Below are positions 18,069-27,988 of a stretch of DNA of 64,000 nucleotides, one piece after another. The stretch lies in the NCBI GenBank assembly GCA_035605575.1, contig DASTCJ010000210.1, forward strand, positions 8,515 through 72,514, read 5' to 3'. Within the stretch, counting starts at the first letter, position 1; each line of letters begins with the position of its first letter. The notes below the pieces were generated by a model that had not been told where the DNA came from, made no database searches, and saw only the letters and a list, made by a program, of their open reading frames with translations. Source of the DNA: Candidatus Methylomirabilota bacterium. Its GTDB lineage: Bacteria; Methylomirabilota; Methylomirabilia; Rokubacteriales; CSP1-6. A program made the translations under genes and the position numbers.

Positions 18069-20514
18069 TCCGACTTCTCGCCTGCTGACAAGCCGTCGGC
18101 TCGGCGCAGTGGTCGTCGCCAGCGCCGGCTTCCTGCTCGGCCTCTGCCGGATCACCGACTCTGACGTGTGGACGCATCTCGCTCACGGGCGTGCCGTCGT
18201 CGCTGCCCGCGGTTTTCCCCCTCATGAGCCGTTCACGTTCCCGAGCGCAGCGATGCCGTACTACAACACCGAATGGCTCTTCGGCGTGGTGCTCTACCTG
18301 ACGTATGCGCTTGGCGGTCTCACGGCCGTGGTGATGCTGAAGGCGGCCTTGCTTGCGGTGGCGGCGGTACTCCTGTGGCACACGGCAATGCTCGGTCGGT
18401 GGGGCGTTGGAGATGAGCGCGACGTGGTGCGCTCGAGCATCGCAACGGCCGTGGTGCTGGCGGCGCTGCTCGCCATGCGCTATCGCTTCGTCGAGCGGCC
18501 CGACGTGGCGCTGATGGTGTTCATTGCCGCCACTGTCTACGCGCTCGAGTCGTTCATGGTCGACGGCCGCCGCCGCGCGCTGTACCTCCTCGTGCCGATG
18601 GCTGTCGTCTGGGCCAACGTCCATCCGAGCCTGGTGGTTGCGGCCGGGCCGTTCGCCGCGGTGATCATCGGCGGCATCGCCGCCCGAGGCCTGGCTCGAT
18701 GGCGCCGCCGGATCGAAACCGCGCCGACGCCCGCGCAGCTGCGGATCGTCGGCGCCGTCGGCGGCCTGGCGCTGCTTGCCTCGCTCCTGAATCCATACGG
18801 CTGGGACGCGGTCACGCTGCCGTTCCGGCTCGCCGGCTCGGAGTGGTTCACGCAGGAGATCAACGAGCTGCAGCGTCCGCGTATCGCCGATCACCCGATC
18901 GCGCTGGCGCTCGGCGTGCTGCTCCTCATCGCGCTGCTGCTCAACATTCGTCGCGCGCCAATCGGTCCAGTGGTTCTGGCGGCGCCCTTTGCATGGCTCG
19001 CGGTGTCGGGAGCGCGGTTCGTGTTTCTCTTTCCACTGGTGGCCGCTCCGCTCATTGCCCGTGGGCTGTCGGATGCCGTCGGGCGTCTGCGCGACGCGCG
19101 CTGGCACACGCCAGTCACGATCGTCACAGCGACGGCCGCGGCCGGGCTGGTGATTGGCGTGGTGCTGGCCGTCGCGAACGCCGCCCCGCTACGTCTGGCC
19201 GAGCGCAGTCCCGGCATCGGTGTCGATGCGCGCGCGGTTCCCGAGGGCGCGCTCGCGTATCTCGATCGGATCGGAATGCAGGGGCCGGTCTTCAACGCCT
19301 TCCATTTCGGTGGCTACATCGCCTGGCGTGACTTTCCCCGGCGCGCGCCGATCATCGACGGCCGCGGCTGGGTCCCTCACGATCTGATCGAAGAGATCCA
19401 TTTCGCGCGCGTCTATCCCGCGCACCTTTCGCGGTTGCAGCGCGCCTACGGCTTCGAGGCGGCGGTCATGGATTACGCAACCTTCACCGGAGCGCCGCTC
19501 GATGACGTCCTGCCCGGTGCGGACGCCGCGCTCAACTCGCGCGAATGGGCACTCGTCTACTGGGACGACGTCGCCCTCGTCTATGTGCGGCGGACGGGCT
19601 CGCTGGCCGCGGTCGCCGCACGCGACGAGTACCGCTTTCTTCGTCCGGCCAACGGCGCGGCGGCTCTCTCCCGCGCGCTCGTGGCCGGAGCGCCCGCGGA
19701 TGCCGTCGCCGGAGAGATCGCGCGCAATGCGCGTGAGACTGGATCAGCGCTGGGCCGAACGCTGAGCGGGGCCCTCGCACTGCATCGGCGACAATGGGAC
19801 ATCGCGCTCGAGCGCTTCGCCTCTGTCCATGACGGCCCGGGTCGTATTTCGGCGTTGCAAGGCGCGGCCCTCGCGGCCGGCGGCAAGGGCGACTTCATCG
19901 GCGCACTGGTAGTCTACGACCGACTGCTGGCCGAAATCGACGACGCGACGGTGTCGTACCACGCCGGCGTCGTCGCGCTGGCCGCCGGCCGGAACCGCGC
20001 TGCGATTCGGTATCTCGAGCGCGCGCGACGCCGCGATCCGGCTCTGGCCGACGTCTACCCGCAGCTGCTGGAGGCGTATCGCCGCCAGGGAGACGCTGAC
20101 GCCGTGCGGGACGTCATGGCCGCCTACCCGGGAGCGCAGCGGCGCGCCCAGGCGCGTGATCACGCTGCGCGCGGACACGCGCTCCTGCGTGAGCGACAGG
20201 GCTCGGAGGCGGTGCAGGAGTTCACGGCGGCGCTGGCGCTCGACGCCACCGACGCGCGCTCGCAGAGCGGCCTCGCGTACGCCTACGCGCTCAACGGACG
20301 GTTCGAGGAGGCGGCGGCGGCGCAGCAGGCAGCGCTGAGGCTCGACCCCCGGCTGGCCTCCGCGCATTACGGGCTTGCCGTCCTCGCGGAGCGGCGCGGC
20401 GACGCGGTTGGCGCGCGGCGTCGGTACGACGCGTTCGTGAAACTCGAGCCGCGCAGCTACGCGGCGTGGCAGGTGCGGCAGAGGTTCGCGGGACGCGCAG
20501 CGGCGGCACGGTGA
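17959..20514 (+). CDS. Polytopic membrane protein with C-terminal TPR repeats (GT-C-like glycosyltransferase candidate)
   Basis: 851-aa ORF with more than 10 predicted TM helices in the N-terminal ~480 aa and an acidic first loop (ITDSDVWTHL). The C-terminal ~250 aa are TPR-like (ALDATDARSQSGLAYAYALNGRFEEAAAAQQAALRLDP...). The start is uncertain (17959, 17992 or about 18082). Confidence 0.7.
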   Translation: MSAGWSKRWRRMGEAFNRPPPAAPWSSSPSATRPAADPTSRLLTSRRLGAVVVASAGFLLGLCRITDSDVWTHLAHGRAVVAARGFPPHEPFTFPSAAMPYYNTEWLFGVVLYLTYALGGLTAVVMLKAALLAVAAVLLWHTAMLGRWGVGDERDVVRSSIATAVVLAALLAMRYRFVERPDVALMVFIAATVYALESFMVDGRRRALYLLVPMAVVWANVHPSLVVAAGPFAAVIIGGIAARGLARWRRRIETAPTPAQLRIVGAVGGLALLASLLNPYGWDAVTLPFRLAGSEWFTQEINELQRPRIADHPIALALGVLLLIALLLNIRRAPIGPVVLAAPFAWLAVSGARFVFLFPLVAAPLIARGLSDAVGRLRDARWHTPVTIVTATAAAGLVIGVVLAVANAAPLRLAERSPGIGVDARAVPEGALAYLDRIGMQGPVFNAFHFGGYIAWRDFPRRAPIIDGRGWVPHDLIEEIHFARVYPAHLSRLQRAYGFEAAVMDYATFTGAPLDDVLPGADAALNSREWALVYWDDVALVYVRRTGSLAAVAARDEYRFLRPANGAAALSRALVAGAPADAVAGEIARNARETGSALGRTLSGALALHRRQWDIALERFASVHDGPGRISALQGAALAAGGKGDFIGALVVYDRLLAEIDDATVSYHAGVVALAAGRNRAAIRYLERARRRDPALADVYPQLLEAYRRQGDADAVRDVMAAYPGAQRRAQARDHAARGHALLRERQGSEAVQEFTAALALDATDARSQSGLAYAYALNGRFEEAAAAQQAALRLDPRLASAHYGLAVLAERRGDAVGARRRYDAFVKLEPRSYAAWQVRQRFAGRAAAAR

Positions 20515-20515
20515 C

Positions 20516-21547
20516 ATGACGACGGAGCGGCCACTCGTGTCTGCCGTGGTCGTGAACTGGAACGGGGTCGCCTGCATTCAAGCATGTCTCGAGTCTCTGC
20601 TCGATCAGCGGTGGCCCGCGCTCGAGATCATCGTGGTCGACAACGGCTCCACCGATGGCTCCCGCGAGCTGCTGCGCGCGCGATACGGCGCCAGAATCAC
20701 ACTGATCGAGAGCCCCGTGAACCTCGGCTTCGCGGCTGGAAACAATGTCGCCATCCTCGCCGCCAAGGGCGCCTATGTGGCGCTGCTGAACAACGACGCC
20801 GTGGCCGACGTCGACTGGGTGGGTGAGCTGGTCCGGGCTGCCGAGGCCGACCCTCGCGTCGGCATGTGTGCCTGCAAGATCCTGGTGCTGGATGGCAGGG
20901 GGCTCATCGACAGCGCCGGCTTGCTGATCTCGGCCGACGGGATCGGGCGCGGCCGGGGGCGTCTCGAGCTGGACGGTGACGCCTATGCGCGCGCCGGGGA
21001 CGCGCTGATCCCGAGCGGGTGTGCGGTGCTCTATCGCCGCGCGATGCTCGACGAGATCGGACTCTTCGACGAGGACTTCTTCGCGTACTGTGAGGACTCC
21101 GACCTCGGCCTCCGCGGCCGCCTCGCCGGCTGGACGTGTCGGTACGTGCCAACCGCGATCGTCCATCACGCCTATTCGCGCTCGGCCGGGCCGTACTCGA
21201 CGTTCAAGGCTTTTCACGTCGAGCGCAATCGCTGCTTCGTCCTCCTGAAGTGCTTCCCGGCCAGCGCCATCATTGCGAGCATCCCGTACACGCTGGCACG
21301 GTACACGGTGCAGGGCTGGGGAACGCTGACACGGCGCGGCGCGGCGGCTCGCCTCGCCGACACCACGTCAGCGCCGGCGGTGGCTGCCACGCTGCTCCGT
21401 GCGTGGGGTGCCGCCCTCGTCCTTGTGCCGCGCATGCTGGCCCGGCGCCGCCGCCTCCGATCGCTCCGACGCCTGACGGCTGCGGAATGGCGGCACATGA
21501 TCCGTCCCTATCGTCTCGGCCTGCGCGAGCTGGCGCTGAAGGACTGA
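20516..21547 (+). CDS. Family 2 glycosyltransferase
   Basis: 343-aa ORF with VSAVVVNWNG...IIVVDNGSTDGS...LLNNDAV (GT2 DxD region). Confidence 0.85.
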   Translation: MTTERPLVSAVVVNWNGVACIQACLESLLDQRWPALEIIVVDNGSTDGSRELLRARYGARITLIESPVNLGFAAGNNVAILAAKGAYVALLNNDAVADVDWVGELVRAAEADPRVGMCACKILVLDGRGLIDSAGLLISADGIGRGRGRLELDGDAYARAGDALIPSGCAVLYRRAMLDEIGLFDEDFFAYCEDSDLGLRGRLAGWTCRYVPTAIVHHAYSRSAGPYSTFKAFHVERNRCFVLLKCFPASAIIASIPYTLARYTVQGWGTLTRRGAAARLADTTSAPAVAATLLRAWGAALVLVPRMLARRRRLRSLRRLTAAEWRHMIRPYRLGLRELALKD

Positions 21548-22533
21548 TGCGCTGCCTGCTCTGCGCTTCGCTCGAGCTCGGCATGCTCTACGAGAACGTG
21601 CGCGACCGCTTCGGCGTGGCGCCGGGCGCCTACCGGTTTCTTCGCTGCCGTGCGTGCGGCTCGGCCACCCTCGAATCACCGCCGTCCACCGAGGCCCTGG
21701 CCGCGCTTTACCCCGAGGGCTATACGTTCAGCGGCGCCGACGGCGAGCGGTCGTCGTTGCGCTCCGTGCTCGCGGCACTGGAGTGGCATCTGTTCTACGC
21801 GCCGACGTACCGGCGGCGAGTGGCGATTTTCCGGCGTCTCACGGGATTTCGACACGGCCGGGTGCTCGAGATCGGCTGCGGCTCGGGAATGCTCCTGGTT
21901 CACTTGCGAAACGCCGGCTTCGAAGTGGAGGGTATCGAGCTTTCCGCCTCGGACGCCGCTCGAGGGCGGGCGCGCTACGGTCTGCCGATTCAGGAAGGTC
22001 GCGTGGAGTCGGTGCCGCTCGAATCGGGGCGCTACGATGCCGTCATCCTCGTCAATGTGCTCGAGCACATCCTCGACCCGACCGCGCTCGTACAGCGGGT
22101 GTTCGACGTGTTGCGGCCGGGCGGGTGTCTCGTCGCTGGCGTCCCGGTCGTGGACAGCGCGTGTGCGCGGTGGCTCGGCGCGCGCTGGGGAGCGGTGACG
22201 GAGGCGCCCCGGCACGTCTCGATCCCGTCGTTCGACGGCATGGTGAGCCTCCTCCGTCGGGCGGGCTTCGCCGACGTCACCAGCGCGCCGGCGCCACTCA
22301 TCGACCGGGCCGGTGAGCTCGTGCTCTCGCTGTTGCCGTCCGCGGCCACGACGGTGTCGTACCGCGCGTCCGCGGGCGTCGTGGCGCTGCTGCGTCGAGC
22401 CGCCGCGGCGGCGCTGATGGGGCCCGCCGTCGTGCTCGCCGCTGTCGAACAGCTGGCGTGGCGGCGGCCGCCGCGCACCGAGGCGATGCTGTTCTGCGGG
22501 CGGAAGCCCCAAGGAGCCTCCCGTGTATCGTGA
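21547..22533 (+). CDS. Class I SAM-dependent methyltransferase with an N-terminal Cys4 zinc ribbon
   Basis: ATG at 21547 shares 1 nt with the GT2 stop. Product begins MRCLLCAS...CRACGS. SAM motif I is VLEIGCGSG, followed by DAVILVNVLEHILDP. Confidence 0.8.
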   Translation: MRCLLCASLELGMLYENVRDRFGVAPGAYRFLRCRACGSATLESPPSTEALAALYPEGYTFSGADGERSSLRSVLAALEWHLFYAPTYRRRVAIFRRLTGFRHGRVLEIGCGSGMLLVHLRNAGFEVEGIELSASDAARGRARYGLPIQEGRVESVPLESGRYDAVILVNVLEHILDPTALVQRVFDVLRPGGCLVAGVPVVDSACARWLGARWGAVTEAPRHVSIPSFDGMVSLLRRAGFADVTSAPAPLIDRAGELVLSLLPSAATTVSYRASAGVVALLRRAAAAALMGPAVVLAAVEQLAWRRPPRTEAMLFCGRKPQGASRVS

Positions 22534-23464
22534 CACGCGCGTGCACGTCGTGATTCCAGCCTACAACGTCGCGGACCGTATCGCGGCCGTGCTGAAGTCC
22601 GTTCCCGACTTCGTCGACGCGATCACCGTCGTGGACGACGGCAGCGGGGATGGAACCGGGGACGCGGCGCGGGCCGTGGCCGACCCGCGTGCGCGCGTGC
22701 TGAGCCACGCGGTGAACCAGGGCGTGGGCGCGGCCATGGTGACGGGGTTTCGCGACGCCCTCGTGGACGGCGACGGGATCGTCGTGAAGATGGATGGCGA
22801 CGGGCAGATGGATCCTGCCATGCTCGGGCGTCTGCTCGATCCGATCGTGGACGGCCGCTGTGGCTACACGAAAGGCAACCGCTTTCTCTTCGCGCGAGAG
22901 CTCACCGTCATGCCACGCCATCGCCTGATGGGCAACTTCACGCTGACGTTCCTCACCAAGCTCGCCTCGGGATACTGGCACGTGTTCGACCCGCAGAACG
23001 GCTATCTCGCCATCGCGTCACCGGTGCTCCGCCTGCTCGACTTCGATCGTCTCTCGCGCCGGTGGTTCTTCGAGAACGACATGCTCATCAACCTGAACGT
23101 CTTCAACGTGGCGGTGGCAGACGTCCCCATGCCGTCACGGTATGGCGATGAGCGTTCTTCGATGAGCGTCGGCCGCGTGCTGATGTCGTTCCCGTTCCAC
23201 CTCGTCCGCGGCTACTGGTCGCGCTTCTACCGGAAGTACGTCTTGCGCGATTTCTCGCCGATCGCGCTGTTCATGCTGGCCGGGCTACCCCTCATCGTCT
23301 TCGGCATCGTCCTCGGGGGATACACCTGGATCCAGTCGTGGCGGCTGAACCGGTTCGCGTCGACGGGGACGGTGATGCTGAGCGTGTTGCCGTTCATCGT
23401 CGGATTCCAGCTCGTCCTGCAGGCGCTCGTGCTGGAGATCAGGGAGAGTCCCGGGCCGCGCTGA
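22523..23464 (+). CDS. GT2 polyprenyl-phosphate glycosyltransferase-like protein (GtrB/ArnC/DPM1 architecture)
   Basis: 313-aa ORF. N-terminal GT2 domain (VVIPAYNVADRI...VVDDGSGDGT...DGDGQ) plus two C-terminal TM helices (IALFMLAGLPLIVFGIVLGGY; VMLSVLPFIVGFQLVLQALVL). Confidence 0.75.
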   Translation: MYRDTRVHVVIPAYNVADRIAAVLKSVPDFVDAITVVDDGSGDGTGDAARAVADPRARVLSHAVNQGVGAAMVTGFRDALVDGDGIVVKMDGDGQMDPAMLGRLLDPIVDGRCGYTKGNRFLFARELTVMPRHRLMGNFTLTFLTKLASGYWHVFDPQNGYLAIASPVLRLLDFDRLSRRWFFENDMLINLNVFNVAVADVPMPSRYGDERSSMSVGRVLMSFPFHLVRGYWSRFYRKYVLRDFSPIALFMLAGLPLIVFGIVLGGYTWIQSWRLNRFASTGTVMLSVLPFIVGFQLVLQALVLEIRESPGPR

Positions 23465-23466
23465 CG

Positions 23467-23829
23467 TCAGGCGGGGAGGAGCGTCGCCGCGTCGCCGGCG
23501 CGGGCGATACCCTCGCGAAGGACGCGCGTGTAGACGCGACTCCAGCCGGGGTGCCGGTGTTGTGCGACGCGCGCGTACTCGCCGTGCACGAAGGCCGCCT
23601 TGATGTTGAGACACGGCGTCGTGTAGCGCGTCACCTCGAGCAGGAACAGTGCCCGGATGGCGTCCATCGAGTAGAGACAGACGGCGCGGTCGGGGCCGCC
23701 ATGACGTTGCCGATTGCGATGCGCATCACCCTCCACGCCGTCAACGGTGACGCGCGCGGCCTCGACGGCGAGCTTCGGCACGCCGCCGGGCAACACGCTG
23801 ATCTGAACGATGCGACCGACGTCGCTCAC
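23467..23829 (-). CDS. MOSC domain-containing protein
   Basis: GTG at 23829 forms a GTGA overlap with the MaoC stop. Product: VSDVGRIVQISV..GG.PK....A.V...G.EGD.H....HGG.DRAV. Confidence 0.7.
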   Translation of the reverse strand: MSDVGRIVQISVLPGGVPKLAVEAARVTVDGVEGDAHRNRQRHGGPDRAVCLYSMDAIRALFLLEVTRYTTPCLNIKAAFVHGEYARVAQHRHPGWSRVYTRVLREGIARAGDAATLLPA

Positions 23830-24284
23830 ACGGCGCCCTTGCGACGGATCATCCGCTGGATCGTCAGCTCGAGCACGAGCTCGTCCTTCTGGTTGAGGAC
23901 GCGGTGACGATAGGTCACGATGCCACGGTCGGTCTTCTTCGTCTCGCGCTTGTCGACGATCTCGGCCTCGACGCGGATGGTGTCGCCTTCGAGTACCGGC
24001 GCCGACACTCGGACGTCGCCGCCGAGCCACGCCATGCCGGTCCCGTGGATGAGCCCGGTCTGCATGACCAGGCCCTCGGAGAGGGCGAACGTCAGCGCGC
24101 CGGGCGCCACACGGCGCCCGAAGACCGAGGCCTGCTTGACGTACTCCATGTCATAGAACAGCGGCTCGTTGAAGCCGCAGAGATTCACGAAGGTCACGAT
24201 GTCCGTCTCCGAAACGGTTCGTCCGAGCGTCCGGTAGACAGCGCCGATCGAGTGCTCCTCGAAGCTGAGCCCGTGGCTTCGCAT
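23826..24284 (-). CDS. MaoC-like (R)-specific enoyl-CoA hydratase/dehydratase
   Basis: 152-aa hot-dog fold ORF with TVSETDIVTFVNLCGFNEPLFYD...RVAPGALT. Confidence 0.8.
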   Translation of the reverse strand: MRSHGLSFEEHSIGAVYRTLGRTVSETDIVTFVNLCGFNEPLFYDMEYVKQASVFGRRVAPGALTFALSEGLVMQTGLIHGTGMAWLGGDVRVSAPVLEGDTIRVEAEIVDKRETKKTDRGIVTYRHRVLNQKDELVLELTIQRMIRRKGAV

Positions 24285-24288
24285 GACG

Positions 24289-24990
24289 TCATTCTCCCAA
24301 GTATGCGCGCCGCACGTCCACGTTACCCGCCAGCTCCGCGGCGGGGCCGGTCAACACGATGCTGCCCGTTTCGAGGACATAGCCTCGGTGCGCGATGGAC
24401 AGTGCCATGGCCGCATTCTGCTCGACCAGCAGGATCGTCGTGCCCTGGCGGTTGATCGAGTCGATGGTTGCGAAAATCTGCTCGACGAGCACCGGCGCCA
24501 GGCCCATGCTCGGCTCATCCAGCAACAGCAGTCGCGGATTGGCCATGAGGGCGCGCCCGATGGCCAGCATCTGCTGTTCGCCTCCAGACAGGGTGCCGGC
24601 CACCTGGGCGATGCGTTCCTTCAGCCGTGGAAACAGATCGAAGACTCGATCCAGGTCGCCGGCCACGCCGTCGTCGGTGCGAAGGTACGCACCCATCGTG
24701 AGATTCTCGCGGACGGTCAGACGATTGAAGATGCGCCGGCCCTCGGGCACATGGGCGATGCCGCGCGCGACGATGTCGTGGGCGGGCACGCCGGTCAACG
24801 GTGTGTCGTCGAAGGTGATGCTGCCACGGCGCGGGCGTAGCAGCCCCGAGACGGTCTTGAGCGTGGTGCTCTTGCCGGCGCCGTTGTTGCCGAGCAAGGT
24901 CACGATCTCTCGCTCGCGGACCTCGAGCGCCACGCCACGTAGCGCGTGGATCTGGCCGTAATAGACGTCGAGGCCGTCGAGTCGAAGCAT
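24289..24990 (-). CDS. livF: Branched-chain amino acid ABC transporter, ATP-binding protein LivF
   Basis: 233-aa ORF with Walker A GNNGAGKST, signature LSGGEQQ and Walker B LLLLDEPS. Confidence 0.9.
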   Translation of the reverse strand: MLRLDGLDVYYGQIHALRGVALEVREREIVTLLGNNGAGKSTTLKTVSGLLRPRRGSITFDDTPLTGVPAHDIVARGIAHVPEGRRIFNRLTVRENLTMGAYLRTDDGVAGDLDRVFDLFPRLKERIAQVAGTLSGGEQQMLAIGRALMANPRLLLLDEPSMGLAPVLVEQIFATIDSINRQGTTILLVEQNAAMALSIAHRGYVLETGSIVLTGPAAELAGNVDVRRAYLGE

Positions 24991-25773
24991 CTACGATCCC
25001 GCCCGCGCCGCCGCCCGGCGCCCGAGATAGGCCTCGATGACCCGCGGATCGCTCTGGACGTCCCTCGGCGCCCCTTCGGCGATCTTCTCGCCGTGGTCCA
25101 GGACCGCCACGCGATCGGACACCTCCATCACCACGCGCATGTTGTGCTCGATCAGGATGATGGCGACGGCGAGATCGGCGACGAGCCGCCGCAGCAGCGC
25201 CATCAGGGTCACCGCCTCGCCTTGCGTCATGCCGGCCGTCGGCTCGTCGAGCAGCAGCAGCGCCGGCTCCGATGCGAGCGCGCGTGCCAGCTCGAGACGC
25301 CGCTGATCGCCATACGGCAGGTTGCGGGCAACCTCGTTGGCCTTCGCGCGGAGTCCCACACGGTCCAGCAGCTCTCCGGCATGCCGCCAGAGCTGACCCT
25401 CGTCCCTTCGGAAGCGGGCGTTCCGGGTCAGCACGTCGCGTACGCCGAGGCGTACGCGAGCGTGCATGCCCACCAGCACGTTTTCGGCGGCCGTCATGTT
25501 GGCGAACAGACGGATGTTTTGGAACGTGCGACAAATCCCCAGCGCCGTGATCTCGTCCGGTCGCCGACCGACGAGGGATTCGCCCTTGAACAGCACGTCG
25601 CCGCCGTCGGGCACGTACAGCCCCGTGAACACGTTGAACAGCGTAGTCTTTCCGGCGCCGTTCGGCCCGATGATCGACGCAATGCCGCCGTCGAGGCCGA
25701 AGCTGACGTCGTGCACGGCCGTGAGGCCGCCGAACCGCTTGGTGACACCGCGCGCCTCGAACAGTCGGCTCAC
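24991..25773 (-). CDS. livG: Branched-chain amino acid ABC transporter, ATP-binding protein LivG
   Basis: GTG at 25773 forms a GTGA overlap with livM. Product: [20 protein letters not shown]..., GPNGAGKTT, LPYGDQRRLE, LLLLDEPTAG. Confidence 0.9.
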   Translation of the reverse strand: MSRLFEARGVTKRFGGLTAVHDVSFGLDGGIASIIGPNGAGKTTLFNVFTGLYVPDGGDVLFKGESLVGRRPDEITALGICRTFQNIRLFANMTAAENVLVGMHARVRLGVRDVLTRNARFRRDEGQLWRHAGELLDRVGLRAKANEVARNLPYGDQRRLELARALASEPALLLLDEPTAGMTQGEAVTLMALLRRLVADLAVAIILIEHNMRVVMEVSDRVAVLDHGEKIAEGAPRDVQSDPRVIEAYLGRRAAARAGS

Positions 25774-26963
25774 TTGCCGAGCTCGCGCTGGCGGCGGCGG
25801 GCGGGGAAAATGCCTTGTGGGCGGAAGATCATCATCAGCACGAGAATGATCCCGAAGATCATGCGCTCGTACTTCGCTGGTTCGAGCTGGGTCGGCAGGT
25901 TGGCGAGGTTGTAGCCCAGCACCGTCACCCCGGCGTTCTTCAGCTCGTTGAGCCACAGCGAGAGTCCCTTGAGGACCTGAAGATTCAGCACGGTCACCAC
26001 AGTGGCCCCGATGATGGCGCCGGGAATCGAGCCCATGCCACCGAGAATCACCATGGCCAGCACGCCGATCGACTCGAGGAAGGTGAACGACTCGGGATTG
26101 ATGAAGATCTGCTTGGAGGCGAATACCACGCCCATCACGCCGGCGAACGACGCGCCGCAGGCAAAGGCCAGCAGCTTGGCGCGCACGAGCGGCACGCCCA
26201 TCGCCTGCGCCGCCAGCTCGTCCTCGCGCATCGCCTCCCACGCGCGGCCGATGTGTGAATCCTCCAGCCGCCGGTTCACCAGGATGACCGCGAGCACGAT
26301 GAGCAGGACGAGGAAATAAAAGCCGATGGCGTAGGAGACGTCGGGCGGCAGCGGCGGCCGTCCGATCGGCGTGATGCCTTTCGGCCCGTTGGTCACGTTG
26401 ATCGGCTTGTCCAGGTTGTTGGCGAGCACGCGGATCACCTCGCCGAAGCCGAGGGTCACGATGGCGAGATAGTCGCCGCGCATCCGCAGCACCGGCAGGC
26501 CGAGCACCACGCCGGTGAATGCCGCTACACCGAGGCCGATGAAGAGAAACGCGTAGAACCACCAGGCGGAGAGCGGAAACACGTCGATGCCGAACAGGAC
26601 GTTGCCGTGCGGAGACCCGAAGATCGCCCACGAGTAAGCGCCGACCGCGAAGAAGGCCACGTATCCGAGGTCGAGCAGCCCCGCCAGACCCACCACGATG
26701 TTGAGCCCGAGCGCCAGCGCCACGAAGATCCCGACCTGCGTGGCCACTTCGAGGTAATAGCCATTATAGGTGCCGATGGCCGGCATCATCACGCCGAGGG
26801 CAATCGTGAGGAGGGCGAGTCGCAGCCAGGTCGGAATCCTGGCCAGGTACACGAACACGAGGCTCGACTGGAAGAGGAGGAATACGAGGATCGACCGTGG
26901 AAACAGCGCGACGCCGGCTCCCGACAGCGCCACGAATGCCACCGCCGCCGCGCCGTGGATCAC
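25770..26963 (-). CDS. livM: Branched-chain amino acid ABC transporter permease LivM
   Basis: GTG at 26963 forms a GTGA overlap with livH. Polytopic, with the LivM core [25 protein letters not shown]. Confidence 0.85.
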   Translation of the reverse strand: MIHGAAAVAFVALSGAGVALFPRSILVFLLFQSSLVFVYLARIPTWLRLALLTIALGVMMPAIGTYNGYYLEVATQVGIFVALALGLNIVVGLAGLLDLGYVAFFAVGAYSWAIFGSPHGNVLFGIDVFPLSAWWFYAFLFIGLGVAAFTGVVLGLPVLRMRGDYLAIVTLGFGEVIRVLANNLDKPINVTNGPKGITPIGRPPLPPDVSYAIGFYFLVLLIVLAVILVNRRLEDSHIGRAWEAMREDELAAQAMGVPLVRAKLLAFACGASFAGVMGVVFASKQIFINPESFTFLESIGVLAMVILGGMGSIPGAIIGATVVTVLNLQVLKGLSLWLNELKNAGVTVLGYNLANLPTQLEPAKYERMIFGIILVLMMIFRPQGIFPARRRQRELGK

Positions 26964-27931
26964 GCGCGCTCCCGCACGACCTCGCCGAGCAGGCCCTTGG
27001 GTCGGAAGATCAGGATCAGGATCAGAACCGAGAACGCGAAGATGTCCTTGTACTCGGCGCCGAAGGCCCCGCCCGTCAGCAACGACATGTACGAGGCCGC
27101 GAATGCCTCGAGGAGACCGAGCACGATGCCGCCGAGCATTGCGCCCGGGATGTTGCCGATACCGCCGAGGACCGCCGCCGTGAACGCCTTCAGGCCGGGA
27201 ATGAAGCCCGTGTACGGATTGATGAGGCTGTACTGCACGCCGAACAGCACGCCGGCGGCGCCGCCCATGGCGCCACCGATCAGGAATGTGAGCGAGATGA
27301 TCCGGTTCACGTTGATACCCATCAAGCTTGCGGCTGCTTGATCTTCGGCCACCGCGCGGATGGCGGTGCCGATCTTGGTGCGGTTCACGATCACGTGCAA
27401 CGCCCACAGCATCAGCAGCGCGGCCACGATGACCACCACCGACTTCATCGAGATGTCGATCGTCTCCGTGAGCTCGAAGCGGTGGTTGAGCGGATCCATC
27501 GATGGGTAGACGAGGTTGAACGCGTTTCGCCACAGCGACTCGAACAGTCGGATGACGTCTTGCAGGAAGAACGACATACCGATGGCCGAGATGAGCGGAA
27601 TGAGCCGCGGCGCGCCGCGCAGCGGACGGTACGCCACACGCTCGATGGTGACCGCGAGCGCCCCGCTCGCCATCATGCCGGCCAGCAGCACGCCGAGCAG
27701 GAGCAGCGGCCACGGCCATGCCTCGAGCAGCCCCGCCGTCTTCAGCCCGAGCAGCAGCTCGACGCCGACGAAGGCGCCGAAGATGAAGATCTCGGAGTGA
27801 GCGAAGTTGATGAACTCGAGCACGCCGTACACCATCGTGTAGCCGAGCGCGATCAACGCATACATGAAGCCGAGGATGATGCCGTCGAGGAGGACCTGCG
27901 GAAAGATGGCGACGAGGAGCTGGAGATCCAT
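26960..27931 (-). CDS. livH: Branched-chain amino acid ABC transporter permease LivH
   Basis: 323-aa ORF starting [45 protein letters not shown]. Confidence 0.9.
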   Translation of the reverse strand: MDLQLLVAIFPQVLLDGIILGFMYALIALGYTMVYGVLEFINFAHSEIFIFGAFVGVELLLGLKTAGLLEAWPWPLLLLGVLLAGMMASGALAVTIERVAYRPLRGAPRLIPLISAIGMSFFLQDVIRLFESLWRNAFNLVYPSMDPLNHRFELTETIDISMKSVVVIVAALLMLWALHVIVNRTKIGTAIRAVAEDQAAASLMGINVNRIISLTFLIGGAMGGAAGVLFGVQYSLINPYTGFIPGLKAFTAAVLGGIGNIPGAMLGGIVLGLLEAFAASYMSLLTGGAFGAEYKDIFAFSVLILILIFRPKGLLGEVVRERA

Positions 27932-27988
27932 GCGGGCCGGCGCGCGCGCGACGGCGGAGCCTCGGTGGACTCCGCCGTCGGCGCCTCG

